Below are positions 1-14,221 of a stretch of 64,000 bases of DNA, piece after piece (the first letter of the stretch is position 1; each line of letters opens with the position of its first letter). The stretch comes from Eledone cirrhosa (lineage: Eukaryota). The DNA lies in the NCBI GenBank assembly GCA_964016885.1, contig OZ024756.1, positions 35,402,001 through 35,466,000 of the forward strand, read 5' to 3'. Both the position numbers and the translations under genes were made by a program. The notes under the pieces were generated by a model. That model searched no databases, was not told the DNA's origin, and worked only from the letters and a program-made list of their open reading frames with translations.

Positions 1-116
1 ACTCATTTTCAGCTAAGTGTAGTGGAGCAAAAGAGCCTTAATAAATATCTCCATTGCCGTCATACTATGATCGCCATTTTAAAAATCTCTTTCAAGTCCT
101 CCTCTGCTCGTTATTA

Positions 117-470
117 GCAACACCAACACCGACAACAACAACAACATCGACATCACCAACAACATCAACTGCAACAGTAATGACGACAACAACAACAACA
201 ACAACAACAACAACACCAACAACAACAGTAGGAACTGTATCAACATCAACAACAGCAGCACCAACACCAGCAACAGCAATAGCAACAACAACAACAACAT
301 TAACGACAACAATAACATCAACAACACTAGCAACAACAACAACAACAACAGTAGGAACTGAATCAACATCAACAACAGCAGCACCAACACCAGCAACAGC
401 AATAGCAACAACAACAACATTAACGACAACAATAACATCAACAACACTAGCAACAGCAACAACAATAACT
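117..470. repeat. (ACA)n-derived low-complexity tract with a ~120-bp tandem duplication
   Basis: ACA/GCA triplets; the segment gtaggaactg..acactagcaaca occurs twice (~228 and ~351). Confidence 0.8.
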
Positions 471-578
471 GAATGTTGATTACATCTTTTAAATTAGATG
501 ACATGCGTATTCGTTGATGTGGTTATGTATGTGTGTATGTGAGGCTACACACACATACACAAATATGCATACATGCAT

Positions 579-741
579 ATGTGTGTGTGTGTGTGTGTGT
601 GTGTATGCGCGTCTGTAAGTATGTGTGTGTGTGTATGTGTGTTTGAAATGGAAATATAATATTCTATTGTGTTGGTATGTGCATATATTTATCTGCATGT
701 CTGCATATTCTGTGTGCATGTGTAAATATATATACATATGC

Positions 742-796
<55 letters not shown>

Positions 797-800
797 TATT

Positions 801-882
<82 letters not shown>

Positions 883-886
883 AATA

Positions 887-946
<60 letters not shown>

Positions 947-969
947 TACATACATACATATATATATAT

Positions 970-1000
<31 letters not shown>

Positions 1001-1021
1001 CATACATACATATATATATAT

Positions 1022-1056
<35 letters not shown>

Positions 1057-1097
1057 CATACATACATATATATACATACATACATATATAAATATAC

Positions 1098-1128
<31 letters not shown>

Positions 1129-1330
1129 TATATATATATATATACATACATACACACACACACATATATATATATATATACATATGCATATACATATGCA
1201 TACACACAAATGCACACATGCTCGCAGACATACGAGGCAATTTAATCAAGCCGCCTTCTTCACTGCCTCCACACACACACTCACACACACACACATACAA
1301 ACACACACACACATAATATATACACACAAC
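579..1330. repeat. compound (TG)n/(TA)n/(TACA)n microsatellite
   Basis: Visible directly; it generates the YIYI/CVCV pseudo-ORFs. Confidence 0.95.
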
Positions 1331-1436
1331 ATGCATGCATACAAGTATATACGCGCAGAAACTAAGATATTATCACCAAAAAACCGATAGCTGTCGATGA
1401 GTAATTCTAATCAGCGAGCGCGAAATTTTAATACGT

Positions 1437-2245
1437 CATTGGATAAGGCAGACGATACCTGCCGTACCACCATCTCCACCATCATTGGATAAGGCAGACG
1501 ATACCTGCCGTACCACCATCTCCACCATCATTGGATAAGGCAGACGATACCTGCCGTACCACCATCTCCACCATCATTGGATAAGGCAGACGATACCTGC
1601 CGTACCACCATCTCCACCATCATTGGATAAGGCAGACGATACCTGCCGTACCACCATCTCCACCATCATTGGATAAGGCAGACGATACCTGCCGTACCAC
1701 CATCTCCACCATCATTGGATAAGGCAGACGATACCTGCCGTACCACCATCTCCACCATCATTGGATAAGGCAGACGATACCTGCCGTACCACCATCTCCA
1801 CCATCATTGGATAAGGCAGACGATACCTGCCGTACCACCGCCATTGCCACCATTGGATAAGGCAGGTGATAGCTGTCATGTCACCGCCACTGCCATCATT
1901 GAATAAGGCAGATGATAGGTGCCGTGCGGCCGCTGTCATCATTTAGTAAGGTAGACGATATCTGTCATGTTACCACGCCGCCATCTTTGAATAAGGCAAA
2001 TGATAGCGGGTGCACTGCCGCTGCCATATTGGATAAGGCAGACGATAGCCGCCATCAGTAGATAAGGCAGACAATAGCTCCCGTGTCACCGTCACCCCCT
2101 TCATTAGATAAGGCAGCCGATAGCTGCCGTACCACCGTCATTGGCCGTACGGCCATTCCCTCTGTCAACACCGCCATTGGATAAGAAGACAAACGATAGC
2201 TGTCCTGCCGCCGTCGCCGTCATTGGATAAGGCAGACGATAGCAG
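1437..2245. repeat. 46-bp minisatellite: 8 identical units, then about 9 progressively diverged units
   Basis: Unit cattggataaggcagacgatacctgccgtaccaccatctccaccat starts every 46 bp from 1437 to 1759; from 1805 the unit tail diverges while the ~21-nt core persists to 2221. Confidence 0.95.
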
Positions 2246-2676
2246 CACTGCCGCCGCCGCCGCCACCGCCACCACCGTCACCCCACCATTGCATTCTCTA
2301 CTGCCTTGCCACCACCACCACCGCCGTCGCCGCCGCCGCCGCCGCCGGGAAGAAGGAAACTGTTGTTAAACTGTGAGACGTCAATAAAAGCGAAGTCAGT
2401 TAAGATGGCGAGCTTGTGTTCCCCACCTCCACTCACCCCATAGTCGAGGCCAATATTACTTCTTTCTCTCTTTCTTTCTTTCTTCTTCATCAGATCTGCC
2501 AAAGAAACAACTTTCAAAATGACTGCCACTACAATGAAATAATGATGCTTCTAATGAGCGATTTCTGCCGGCAAATTTTCTTATCTTCTATTTATTTATT
2601 TATTTGCTGTTTTTTCGTTGCAAAGAGACTCAATCAATCAATAAAACGTAGTTTTGTGCTTTTTAATCGATTTTTT

Positions 2677-2735
<59 letters not shown>

Positions 2736-2847
2736 AAAGCATATATATTCATCTATATTTCTATCTATCTAGCGATCGATCCATCTATTTATTTTTATTA
2801 TTGTTGTTGTTGTTGTCGTTTACCATTAATACAAATGTATAGGAATC

Positions 2848-2896
<49 letters not shown>

Positions 2897-2898
<2 letters not shown>

Positions 2899-3010
2899 CA
2901 AATTCCGCCGAGGCCCACTTTGTTTTTCTTCCTTCCGGGGTTGATAAAATAAAGTACCAGTCAAGTGCTAGAGTCGATAATAACTGAGTTTACTTGCCCC
3001 TCAAAAACTC
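2897..3010 (+). mobile_element. tRNA-derived SINE fragment (Nin/Deu-domain-like core)
   Basis: caaattccgccgagg...ggggttgataaaataaagtaccag matches the many SINE copies elsewhere in the window. Confidence 0.8.
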
Positions 3011-4581
3011 ACAGTTTAGTAAGCCGACAAACCTTATTTTTGACACCTCTTGCTCTTACTACATTAAAAATAAAAAAAAATAAAATAAAAATATTACTAA
3101 ACCTTTATTTCTCACTACACAGTTCACACTCACCCATGTCAAACCACATGTCATGTCATAACACCAAACGAACGTCTCCAACACTGCAACGCGGAAAAGA
3201 TATTTAATAATCTATTTATTGATCGCTGGAAATTATATATTTTATTTAACTACAGAAATTTATTAAAAATACTGTGGTCATTTGAAGTTTATTAACGTCC
3301 CTCTCTGAAGAGATCTACGCCCTAGGTAGCTCCCTAGTTGGTCTAATGATAGCGTCAGCCCTGTATATATTAACACAGTTCAACCATGGAACTATTTCTG
3401 TGGCTGAAAGCTAACATTTCCATGTCTTTACACATGCAAATGTCTATCGACCCAGTACACATACAACCATTTAAACATGAAATGCAATAAATATTTGTTA
3501 TATGCCATAATAACTTTAATGTTTAGGAAGATTTGTGTTATATCTTGGGCTTCTTAGCTGAATTCCGAGCGACATTATACAGTAAGGCACTTGGTGTTGC
3601 TCGATCAATTATTGAAATAGAATTCTAGTTTCTCACGTGTAACAACATTGTTTAGTTTTGTTGTGTACACACGTTAGTGAGTGGTGCGTAAATAACGATC
3701 TCACATATTACACACATTGGTGAACAGTGTGTAAACACCAACATTACAGAGTTCCAAGTTTCCAATCCATAAAATATTTGCTATCCTTTTTTTTTAAAGC
3801 TGGAGAAAATGTTTCGGTTTTAGTTTTTATTCTGAACGGTATTTTCTTCAATGGCGTTTCTTTATCTTCCATACAAATCAAAGTTTCTTTACTAACTTCT
3901 TTAACCAACAACTTCTACTCTATTAACCTCGTTTAATTGTCTTTCATCTTCAGATATTTATCTCACTAAACAACAAACTAGGACCATTATCAGGAGCAGG
4001 AACTACGGGTGGAGGTTTAGCAGGTACATTGTTCGAGAACCCGAAGAGAGAAGCAGGGAGATACGAATATCTTATATATCTCTCCTCCACCTTAAAAAAA
4101 CCCCTAAAACAATCTTTTAAACCCTATTGAAATTTGAGAGATAAACACCCCCGTCAACTCCTCTCGCTAGGGCCCCGAAAACTCATGATTTGCTTTACTA
4201 GATTTTTCTCGTAGACCCCTGTAATGAGTTAAATTATTTCCCACTATCTCACATTTCATACTTAGTTATTGATAAATGTAAAATATGTTGTGTTTATATC
4301 AATGCCTTTCCACTGAACAACCATACCAATAATCCATATGTTTATTTTGAAACGAATATGTTTGTTTTCTAAAATTAAATCCAGCTTTTTTGGCAGAGGT
4401 ATTTCCGTAAATACGATATATTTAAATTCCCGACAAAACTGATTTCTCTTCTTTAAAGTAAGCATTCTCTTATTTGTTATGTATGTATCTCCCCGACTTA
4501 TTTTTTATATTTTAATCTTTCTTGTTTTACTCAAACTACCACCAGGACCATAAATATATAGGTACGTCACACGAAGTAAAT

Positions 4582-4702
4582 GGTTTCTGATTTAGGCCCA
4601 AGACCAGCAATTTTGGGGAGAGGAAAGTCGATTTCACATCGACTCCAGTGCATTACTGGTACTTTATTTTATCGACCCCGTAAGGTTGAAAGGCAAAGCT
4701 AG
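4582..4702 (-). mobile_element. SINE 3' fragment
   Basis: ggtttctgatttaggccca...cattactggtactttattttatcgaccccgtaagg, same family as the 24920-25880 copies. Confidence 0.85.
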
Positions 4703-4708
4703 CACACT

Positions 4709-4828
4709 AGGATCATAAATATATAGTTAAGTCACACCAGGATCATAGATATAGTTAAATCACGTATGGATCATAAATATATAGTTCAGTTACACTAGGA
4801 TCATAAATATATAGTTCAGTTACACTAA
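4709..4828. repeat. about 4 tandem ~30-bp units (ggatcataaatatatagttcagttacacta)
   Basis: Visible tandem units, homologous to 4545-4571. Confidence 0.85.
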
Positions 4829-4857
4829 GATAATGACTTCCAATAAATACTTAACAT

Positions 4858-4972
<115 letters not shown>

Positions 4973-5459
4973 AATAATATAAATGTTTCTACGTTTGGCA
5001 CAAGGCCAGCAATTACCCAGTGCATTACTGGTACTTTACTTTAGAGAGAATAAATAATATAACGTTTCTCTTTTATATTCTTCTTCATCGTCTCCATTCA
5101 TCTGATACTACTTTCATCTTTCTAAACGTGTCGTCCATGTTCTCGTTCCAGCCATTTATTTTACACTTGCATTTCAAATTAAAACTTAGTCATCTACAGC
5201 TTTTTACTAAAATAATCTACACATCTAAACAATTATTCACCTTCTATCTATAAAGATTTATTTTTATGCTCTTAACCATTTAGTTCTAAACTTTGCTATT
5301 TTCTTTTCATTCCATCACAATTCAAGTTTCATATTTTCGATATCAAATCCATTTTTCTTTTGCGTCGAAATGTTATCTTTTGTATCTCAATTATTGAAAC
5401 TGTAGTCTTTCTTGTTGATCTCCCTGTCACTTTCTATCTATCTATCTATCTATCTATCT

Positions 5460-5741
5460 CCTTCTTTAAGTACCGCTTCCGAAGGAAGGTGAGAGTGGAG
5501 GAGAGGTGCTACACCTCAGTAAATTCGCTGAAAGGTGGGTGAATGTGGCGAAAATGGCCCGAGTGAATGGGCCTTCTCTGTAGGTTGAGGGAGACAAACA
5601 GAGGGAAGATGGGATTTCAATTGTTATTTTATTATATATAGTTTATTGTTATTTATTAATGTTATATGATCTTTTTGTAAAACCCCCGCCGTTACGTCTT
5701 GTAATATCCCATTTTTGTACGCCCCTGTGGCAATAAAGAAA
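5460..5741 (+). mobile_element. L1/Tx1-like LINE 3' end, copy 1
   Basis: Homologous to 6005-6378; ends aataaagaaa followed by TCTA units; preceded by (TCTA)n. Confidence 0.8.
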
Positions 5742-5756
5742 GATATCTATCTATCT

Positions 5757-6377
5757 TGCTGCACGCAATTGTACACTTCCCGGGCGTAACCGACCTGTGG
5801 AACTATGCAGAACAACTGCTGTCGCGTATGGGACAAATCCAGTTGATTGCCAAGTCCATAGTAAGGATCAAACCGCCAGCCTCTTTCAAAAACGAAAGAG
5901 AGGCCTTTTTCCTCTGTACAGTGGCTATGGTGAAAGAAAATATATGGTGGACGAGATTGAGAGGACTGAGGACAAATGCCTTTCTCTCCGGACAACAATT
6001 GATTCCCTTCTTTAAGTATCACTTTAGAAGGAGAATCAGAGTGGAGAGAGAGGCACTGCACCCCAGTAAATTTACTGAAAGGTGGGTGAATGAAGCGAAA
6101 ATGGCCCGAGTGATTGGGCCTTCTCTGTTTATAAGCCTGTAGGTTGAGGAAGAGAGCGAAAGGAAGAAAGGAGTACTTGCACAACACGCTCCTGAAGTTG
6201 AGGGTTGTTCTATCGACGGGGTATTAAACAACCCATTTGTGCCCCCCCCCCCTATTGGGGATTTCGATTGTTGTAAGTGTTTGTTTTTATAATTTTTTTA
6301 CACGATTGTATGTAAAATCCCCGGCATGTCTTTGTATTGTCCCCTTTTCTTGTTGCGCCCTTGTGGCTAATAAAGAA

Positions 6378-6378
<1 letters not shown>
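5757..6378 (+). mobile_element. L1/Tx1-like LINE 3' end, copy 2 (ORF2 C-terminus 5756-6142 plus 3' UTR)
   Basis: LHAIVHFPGVTDLW...VKENIWWTR...FTERW resembles the post-RT zinc-knuckle H..C..W and KxxIWxxR region of L1/Tx1 ORF2; AATAAA then (TCTA)n tail. Confidence 0.75.
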
Positions 6379-6435
<57 letters not shown>

Positions 6436-6486
6436 GCCTGTCTGTTTGTCTATCTATATCTCCGTCTGTCTATCTGTCTGTCTATA

Positions 6487-6520
<34 letters not shown>

Positions 6521-6675
6521 CCCCCCCCCCCCCCCCTCCCCTCCTTTCTCTCCCTCTATCACGTGTAGTTTTGAGATCAGTGCCTCCCCAGAAACATTTT
6601 ACAGAGAGAGGCCTTGAGACTGTTTTAACCCGCGAATGAGGAAGGGGCTCCTCGCAAAATTAAAGAGATCGGAGG

Positions 6676-6773
6676 GGGTCCTGAATCTTTTCCTATTACC
6701 CACTCTACTACCCCCAGTATCGAGTACTCTGGTGGGTTATGGTCTCCCTGGTTTTTACACCATACCCTATCTG
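6676..6773 (+). mobile_element. PLE end family A, tail fragment
   Basis: ttttcctattacccactctactac..gagtactctgg matches the other family A copies. Confidence 0.75.
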
Positions 6774-6846
6774 ATATATGTGTATATATATATATATATA
6801 TATAATCAATAACAAAGAACGCCTATGGCATATGCATATCTTTACT

Positions 6847-6892
6847 TGCTAACATTGTTTCATCCGCACTATAAGTGGGACTCATCAGAGCA
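6847..6892 (-). ncRNA. type I hammerhead ribozyme motif
   Basis: Minus strand TGCT-CTGATGA-GTCCCACttataGTGCGGAT-GAAACAaTGT-T-AGCA; stems I, II and III can all form; GUU site. Confidence 0.75.
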
Positions 6893-7041
6893 TAAAGGTT
6901 GATTACATATCATACAAGCAATAACAAATCCAAGACATTGAAGAAATAAAGAATAAAAAATAATAAAAGATAAAAATATAAAAATATTGAGGAAGTAAAA
7001 ATAAAAATAAACATTGAAAAATAATTGAAAAATAAGGGGTG

Positions 7042-7333
<292 letters not shown>

Positions 7334-7363
7334 TATATATATATACATATATATATGTGTATG

Positions 7364-7395
<32 letters not shown>

Positions 7396-7604
7396 CACAC
7401 ACACACACACGCACGCACACACACACGCTTACACCTCCACTTATTCTCTCTCACACACACACATAGACCAGTTCTAACACGAGATAACATCTATCCCCCA
7501 CATTTACGTATAGACATATCTTCTCACACTCACACACACACACTCAAATACTTACACCTTCATGCATTCTCCCACACACTTAAACAGGCATGTACAAAAA
7601 AAAA

Positions 7605-7880
7605 ACCCTTTTAAAGGGAGACTACTCTTTATCCACCTAACCTAACTCTTTGACATTAGAGATAGAACAGATACTCTATACCATTTCCTGTCAGCATGAC
7701 TTGGCAAGCTATTTAGAACACTGGTTTAACCGCTTTACTTCCCTCCGAAGAAGAGATATTATCTCGAAAATTAAGGAGATTTAAACAAATCTAAGGTAAA
7801 AGACTAATTGTCAACAATATCTTTTGCATTTGCATTCTTTATTCTATGTCCATACCTGCATTGTTTTGGCTTTATTATAC
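7605..7880 (+). mobile_element. old PLE 3' end with degenerate hammerhead (7741-7779)
   Basis: cct-CCGAAGA-agagata t tatctc-GAAA-atta-agg, one substitution from the CTGAAGA core. Confidence 0.45.
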
Positions 7881-7893
7881 ATATACAAACGTT

Positions 7894-7928
<35 letters not shown>

Positions 7929-7950
7929 ATATATAAATACATATATATAA

Positions 7951-8033
<83 letters not shown>

Positions 8034-8507
8034 CACATATATAAATATTATGTTGGTTCATGAAGTCAGTTTTAATTTGTATGTAACTTAATAGTTTTCA
8101 GTCAGTAAACTGTCTTTAAATCACTCAAGATATCAATTGATCAACAAAGAGTTTTCTCCTGCTTCATCTAAATAAATTATTTACTGTTCTGGTATTCAGT
8201 TAAAAATCTGGTATTCAGCCTTAAAAATCGATATACTATTCCTTAATTTACTTTCCCATCGATCACAAACTCGATATTAATTTCTATCGCTAATGTTATT
8301 CTATTGTTTGTTTTTGTGTGGTTTTTTCTCTCTCGTTGTACAAACGAAATAATCTGTTTTAACAGCCAAACTCTCAACTTACAATAATACCATTTCAAAT
8401 GGCGGACCCAGTTGAAATATTATTGTTCTGTTGTTGCCTTATTAACCTAGTTTGGTTGGCTGGTTGGTTGGTTGGTTGGTTAGTTCGTTGGCGTCTCTCT
8501 CTCTCTG

Positions 8508-8543
<36 letters not shown>

Positions 8544-8660
8544 TATATATATATCCACCCCCCTCTCTCAAGTGTGAACCTAATACTTACACTTTGTACT
8601 GCACTCTTCGTTATTGTTTTTGTTTTCTGTTTTAACTATCTCTCTCTCTCTCTCTCTCTC

Positions 8661-8740
<80 letters not shown>

Positions 8741-9102
8741 CTCTCTCTCTCTCTCTCTCTCGTCCCTCGCTCTCTCTCTCACTCTTTCTCTCTGGCTCTA
8801 TCTCTCTCTCTTTGTCTACAATGGTGTCCCCCTCTGTCCACTATACAACTGTTGACCCTTTATAAGTGCACTTTACGAAACAGTTTTTCCGCGACCAAAC
8901 TCCACCTCCAAGTCAACCCAAAGTTGCAGTAAATGACATTTGCCCCCAAGATGACACTAACATTGGTATCGAACCCGAGGCAAACTTTTTAACCATTCGG
9001 CCGTGCTGCGTCTACGACACCATATTAGCACTAAGAACAACAGCAATAATATCAACAACAACAACAACAACGACGTCAACAGCAATAATCACATCACAAA
9101 TA

Positions 9103-9475
9103 TTGGTTTCTAATTTAGACACAAGGCCAACAATTTTTTTTGGGGGGGGAGGGGAATGTCGATTAAATTGACCCTAGTGCATTACTGGTACTTCAATTTA
9201 TTGCCCTCGTAAGGATGGAAGACAAAGCTAACCTCGACAGGTTTTGAACTCAGAACGTAAAGAGCCATAACTAAATGCATTACTGGACAATATGCTTTGC
9301 AGCATAGAGTTACGGCCCTTTACGATCTGAGTTCAAACCCGCCGAGATTACTGGTACTTTAATTTATCGGCCCCGTAAGAATAAAAGGCAAAGTTAACCT
9401 CGGCAGGATTTGAACTCAGAATGTAAAGGGGCGTAACTCTATGCTGATAAATCTTGTCCGACGCTCTACCGATTA
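9103..9475 (-). mobile_element. SINE cluster (two minus-strand copies with a short plus-strand head between them)
   Basis: B-box-like gagttcaaa/tttgaactc, central tttatcg.ccccgtaag domain and 3' ggcc..ttagaaacc end. Confidence 0.85.
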
Positions 9476-9775
9476 CAGATAATCCACCTCTCTGATTTCA
9501 TCACGTGACACATATTAACAGCACTACCGCAAAACAATGCTACAATATCACCACTGTAGCATGAACGAGAGCATCAACACCACCACCATTGTCACCATTG
9601 TCATCACCACCACCACCACCACCACCACCACCATCGTCATCGTCATCGTCATTGTCATTGTCATCACCATCAACATCATCATCATCGCCGCCATCATAAA
9701 CACAATGTCCACCATCATCATCATCGATAACATCACCACAACGACACGCTGCAGCGACGCACAAAACAACGACAC

Positions 9776-9807
<32 letters not shown>

Positions 9808-10614
9808 CAACAACAACATCAGATGTAACAACAGTCTAAAGTTTCACGGTTCACGTGAAATGCTCTACTGCGTTCAACAGAGCAATAAATGACTCGTTAA
9901 AGACAGAGAGGGGGGGGGGGAGAAAGTGACTGGTGGGTGGTGGGGTGAGGGGAGGTTATGGGGCGGGAGAGAGTGTGAGAGAGTGAGGAGTTTAAGGAAA
10001 GAGAGAGGGTCGGAGTGAAAAGAGAGAGAAAAAGAGAGAGAGAGAGAGAGAGAGAGCGTGCGTGCGTGAGATAGAGCGAAAGCGAGCCAGAGAGAGAGAG
10101 AGTGAGAATAAGGGAAGGAGAGAGTATAAGCGAGAAAGAGAGAGAGGGGGGTGGGTGGGTGGAGAAAGAGAGAGTGAGAGAGAGAGCGGGGGAGAAAGCG
10201 TGAGAGAGAGATGGGGAGAAAGAGGGAGAAAGCATGAGAGAAAGTGATAACGAAAGAGAGAGATAGAGATAGATAGATAGATAGAGAGAAAGAGAGAGAG
10301 AGAAAAAAGGCTGTTGCATGTATCAATGACGTCATACATATCAGCCACGATGGTCGTCTGCTGCCAAAACTCCACAATCACTACAATGACTACATTATGC
10401 TTTCAAAGACGAATTGATATTTACCGTGGAGTTTTGAAACGGCGCCAACACAGCATCTTTAAATTAACATCTACCAATAACATTTGTTATTGGGGGTTGC
10501 GTGCGTGCCTCTGTGTGTGTGTGTGTATGTGTGTGTGTGTATATGTGAGTGTGTGGACATGTGTGTGTGTATGTGGACATGTATTTTTATACATGCAACC
10601 CTCCTGCTTATACA

Positions 10615-10681
<67 letters not shown>

Positions 10682-10875
10682 ATATATATATATGTATATA
10701 TATAATATCGTGAGTTGCCTATTTTTATGCAAGTATCTATGTATGTATTTATGTATTATGTATGTATATGTATCTTTGTATGTATACGTATGTAAAAAGT
10801 AAACACAAATAACAAAGCCAACGACTCAGTACACATATATACACATATATACTATGTCTGTGTGTTTTATATATA

Positions 10876-10975
10876 GAAATGACTTCTACAGGAATAGAAC
10901 TGTTTCATTAGTTTGAAATCATTTTTATATGAAAAATATACTGTATGTACTTTCTCTACTAATCTATTGAGTATT
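10876..10975. mobile_element. PLE end family B, degraded
   Basis: agaaatgacttctacaggaatagaactgtttcatt plus tail ctctactaatctattgagta. Confidence 0.6.
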
Positions 10976-10980
10976 GTTGT

Positions 10981-11407
10981 CCCAGTTCAACTTCATTACG
11001 GTAACGTCGTCCCAGTTCAACGTCATTACGGTTACGTCGTCCCAGTTCAACGTCATTACGGTTACGTCGTTCCAGTTACCTCAGTAAGGTAACGTCATCC
11101 CAGTTCAACGTCATTACAGTAACCTCATCTCAGTTTGACGTCATTACGGTAACGTCATTCCAGTTTGGCCTCCCGACGTAACGTCGTTCCAGTTTGACGT
11201 CGTCCCAGTTTAACGTCATTACGGTAACATCGTCTCAGTTTGATGTCATTACGGTAACGTCGTTCCAGTTTGACCTCCCGACGTAACGTCGTTCCAGTTT
11301 GACGTCATCCAAGTTTAACGTCATTACGGTAACATCGTCTCAGTTTGACGTCATTACGGGAAGGTCGTCCCAGTTTGACCTCATTTCAGTAACGTTGTCC
11401 CAGTTCG
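10981..11407. repeat. ~30-bp minisatellite (cccagttcaacgtcattacggtaacgtcgt), about 15 units
   Basis: Units at 10981, 11011, 11041 and onward with divergence; a ~105-bp higher-order duplication in the right half. Confidence 0.9.
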
Positions 11408-11787
11408 AACCGGGTACCCATCAATACCTTCATTTTTTGCAGTTGTGTTAGTGGTAGAGTTGGTGGTAGTATTGATGGTAGAGTTGGTGGAAGTGTTGGT
11501 TGTAGTGTTAGTGGTAGTGTAGGTGATAGTATAGGTGGTAGTATAAGTGGTAGTGTTAGTGGTAGTACAGGTGGTAGTATTAGTGGTAGACTCTAATATA
11601 TTGCAACTCAACTAATTGAACAGTGATTAAGTGAAGACATTTCCTGTCAGACATAAATAAATAACTGACGAACAACTAATCATGTCTCTCTCTCTCTATA
11701 TATATATCTATATCTATCTGTCTGTCTCTCTCTCCTCTCTCTCTCTCTCTTTCTCTCTCTCTGTCTCTCTCTATCTCTATCTGTCTG

Positions 11788-11841
<54 letters not shown>

Positions 11842-11879
11842 GTCTCTCTCTCTCCTCTCTCTATCTGTCTGTCTGTCTC

Positions 11880-11930
<51 letters not shown>

Positions 11931-12147
11931 CTCCCTCTTTATTTCTCTCTCTCTCTCTTTCTCTCCATCTTGCTTATCTCACTCTCTCTCTCACTTCCCC
12001 TTTCTCTAATTTTCTCTCTTCTCTCAATTTCTCCCTCTTTTTTCTCTCCTACCTATGTCCCTCCCTCTCTCTCTCTCTCTCTTTATACCCCCCTCTCTCT
12101 CTCTACCTTGGCCTCACTTCTCTCACGCCTCCCTCTATATCTCTCTC

Positions 12148-12228
<81 letters not shown>

Positions 12229-12582
12229 ATCAATCAATCTATCTACCTATCTCTCTATCTACACTCCACTCCAACCATAGTGTCCATAACACTCCATTTG
12301 AGTGGGCTGTCACACTCCGCTCCAAACTTTCCCCCACGCCACACTCCAACCTTGGTGGCCACCCTACTCCACTCTAACCGTAGTGGTAGTTACACTTCAT
12401 CCGAGAGGGCTGCCACACTCGACTCGACTCAACTCCACTCCACACACATTGCAACTTTACTCCCTCCCACCACCACCTGCTCCACACCATCTCAACCATT
12501 TAACAAACTAATTAACTACACTAATTAACTCTCTTTTCCTCTCTCTCCCTTTCTCTCTCACTCTTTCTCCTCCACCCACTCC

Positions 12583-12643
<61 letters not shown>

Positions 12644-13305
12644 CCTCTCTTTCTCCCTATTCTCCCCTCCACCCACTTTCCTCCCCCTCTCTTACCCCTC
12701 TCCCCTCCTACTTTCCTCTGCCCAGTTCTCTTTCTATCATCCCTTATCCTCATTAATTTTCTTTGTTTTTAATTTCCTACAACTTCACGATTGTGTATGT
12801 GTATGTGTGTGTGTATGTGTGTGTGGGTGCGTGGCATATATATGTGTGTATGTGTCTATATATGTATGTATATGTGTGCGTATGATAGTGATACAATGAC
12901 ACAGTGGTGCAGGTAGACAATCAGTGTGCATGTGTGTGTGTCTGTGTGTCTGTCTGTGTGTCTGTCTGTCTGTGTGTCTATGTGTGTGTGTGTATATGTG
13001 TATGTGTGTATGCGTGTGTCTATGTGTGTTTGCATATGTGTGTGTATTCGTACGTATATGTGAATACATGTGTGGAGCTATGATAGAGTGAAACACTCAT
13101 GACCTGATATCTGAAACACAGGTATTTGATGACTTAAATAACATTTGAGAGTTTCTTCTGCTGGTGTTACTGACTTGAAAGCTTTAGGAGGAATAAGTAT
13201 TAATATTCCTGAGATCTTTCTCCGGTTTATTATAAAGCATTATAAAGCTTATAATGATATTTTATTAAGTTCAATATGACACCTCAGTAATAAACTGTGA
13301 CTGGG

Positions 13306-13858
13306 TAGAAGTTATTATTCTTATGGAGAAATTATTAAAGATGCTGAGATATACTTTTCTAAGTGACTGTGTGTGTACTGTGATATAACCAACCCATCAT
13401 CTCTATAGAAATCTCTACACGTCCAAGATATATCAAACGACAAAACGACAGGATCCACAAACCCTTCTACTGTCGATTGATCCCAAGCTAACGACCGAGT
13501 AGAAGTTATTATTCTTATGGAGAAATTATTGAAGATGCTGATATTTTCTTTTCTAAGTGACTGTGTGTGTACTGTAACCCATCATCTCTATAGAAATCTC
13601 TCCACTTCCAGGACATACCGAACGACAAAATCACACCCTTCTACTGTCAATTGATCCCATACTGACGACCGAATAGAAGTTATTATTGTTAGGGAGAAAT
13701 TATTGAGGATGCTGTCTTTTCTATGTGACTGTGTGTGTACTTTGATATAGCCAACCCATCATCTCTATAGAAACCACTACACGTCCAAGATATACCGAAC
13801 AACAAAACGACAAGATCATAAACACTTCTACTGTTAATTGATTCCATGCTGACGTCGA
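13306..13858. repeat. three diverged tandem copies of a ~175-195-bp unit
   Basis: tagaagttattatt..ggagaaattatt begins at 13306, 13500 and 13674. Confidence 0.9.
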
Positions 13859-14221
13859 ACCGCTAGAGTCTGCTTTTTATTTATATATTTTTATTTTTAA
13901 ACATGGAAGGATTTTTGTCATCATGTATAATGATATCCCGGGAGAGTTTTTCCTGAAATACATAATGATATACACCAGTGTCGTCTGTAGTTGTATATAT
14001 CTTCAAACATAATTGAACACTGGCGAGTAACTACTTCAAAATAGCGGGATATAATTAAAAAATATCGAACCGTGTAAATTTGGACTCACTTTTATTGTTG
14101 ATAGATTAAAAACTTTAATTCTATCATTTTATTTTAGGTTGTTTTTTTTTACTAATTAATCCCATCCCGCTATTAGCAAAGTTAATTAATCTGTATTTTA
14201 GATTAAATGAGGAAGTCTTCA

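Noticed and set aside
54-479. Thr-rich mucin-like ORF
   Set aside because: Dominated by ACA-type codons from triplet expansion; no clear ATG or splice donor. Not fully excluded.
1437-2245. CRISPR array
   Set aside because: The first eight spacers are identical and the rest are related, there are no cas genes, and the context is eukaryotic.
8100-8245. Minus-strand IIYLDEAG resembling a Tc1/IS630 catalytic motif
   Set aside because: Too short, with no supporting flanking motifs or TIRs.
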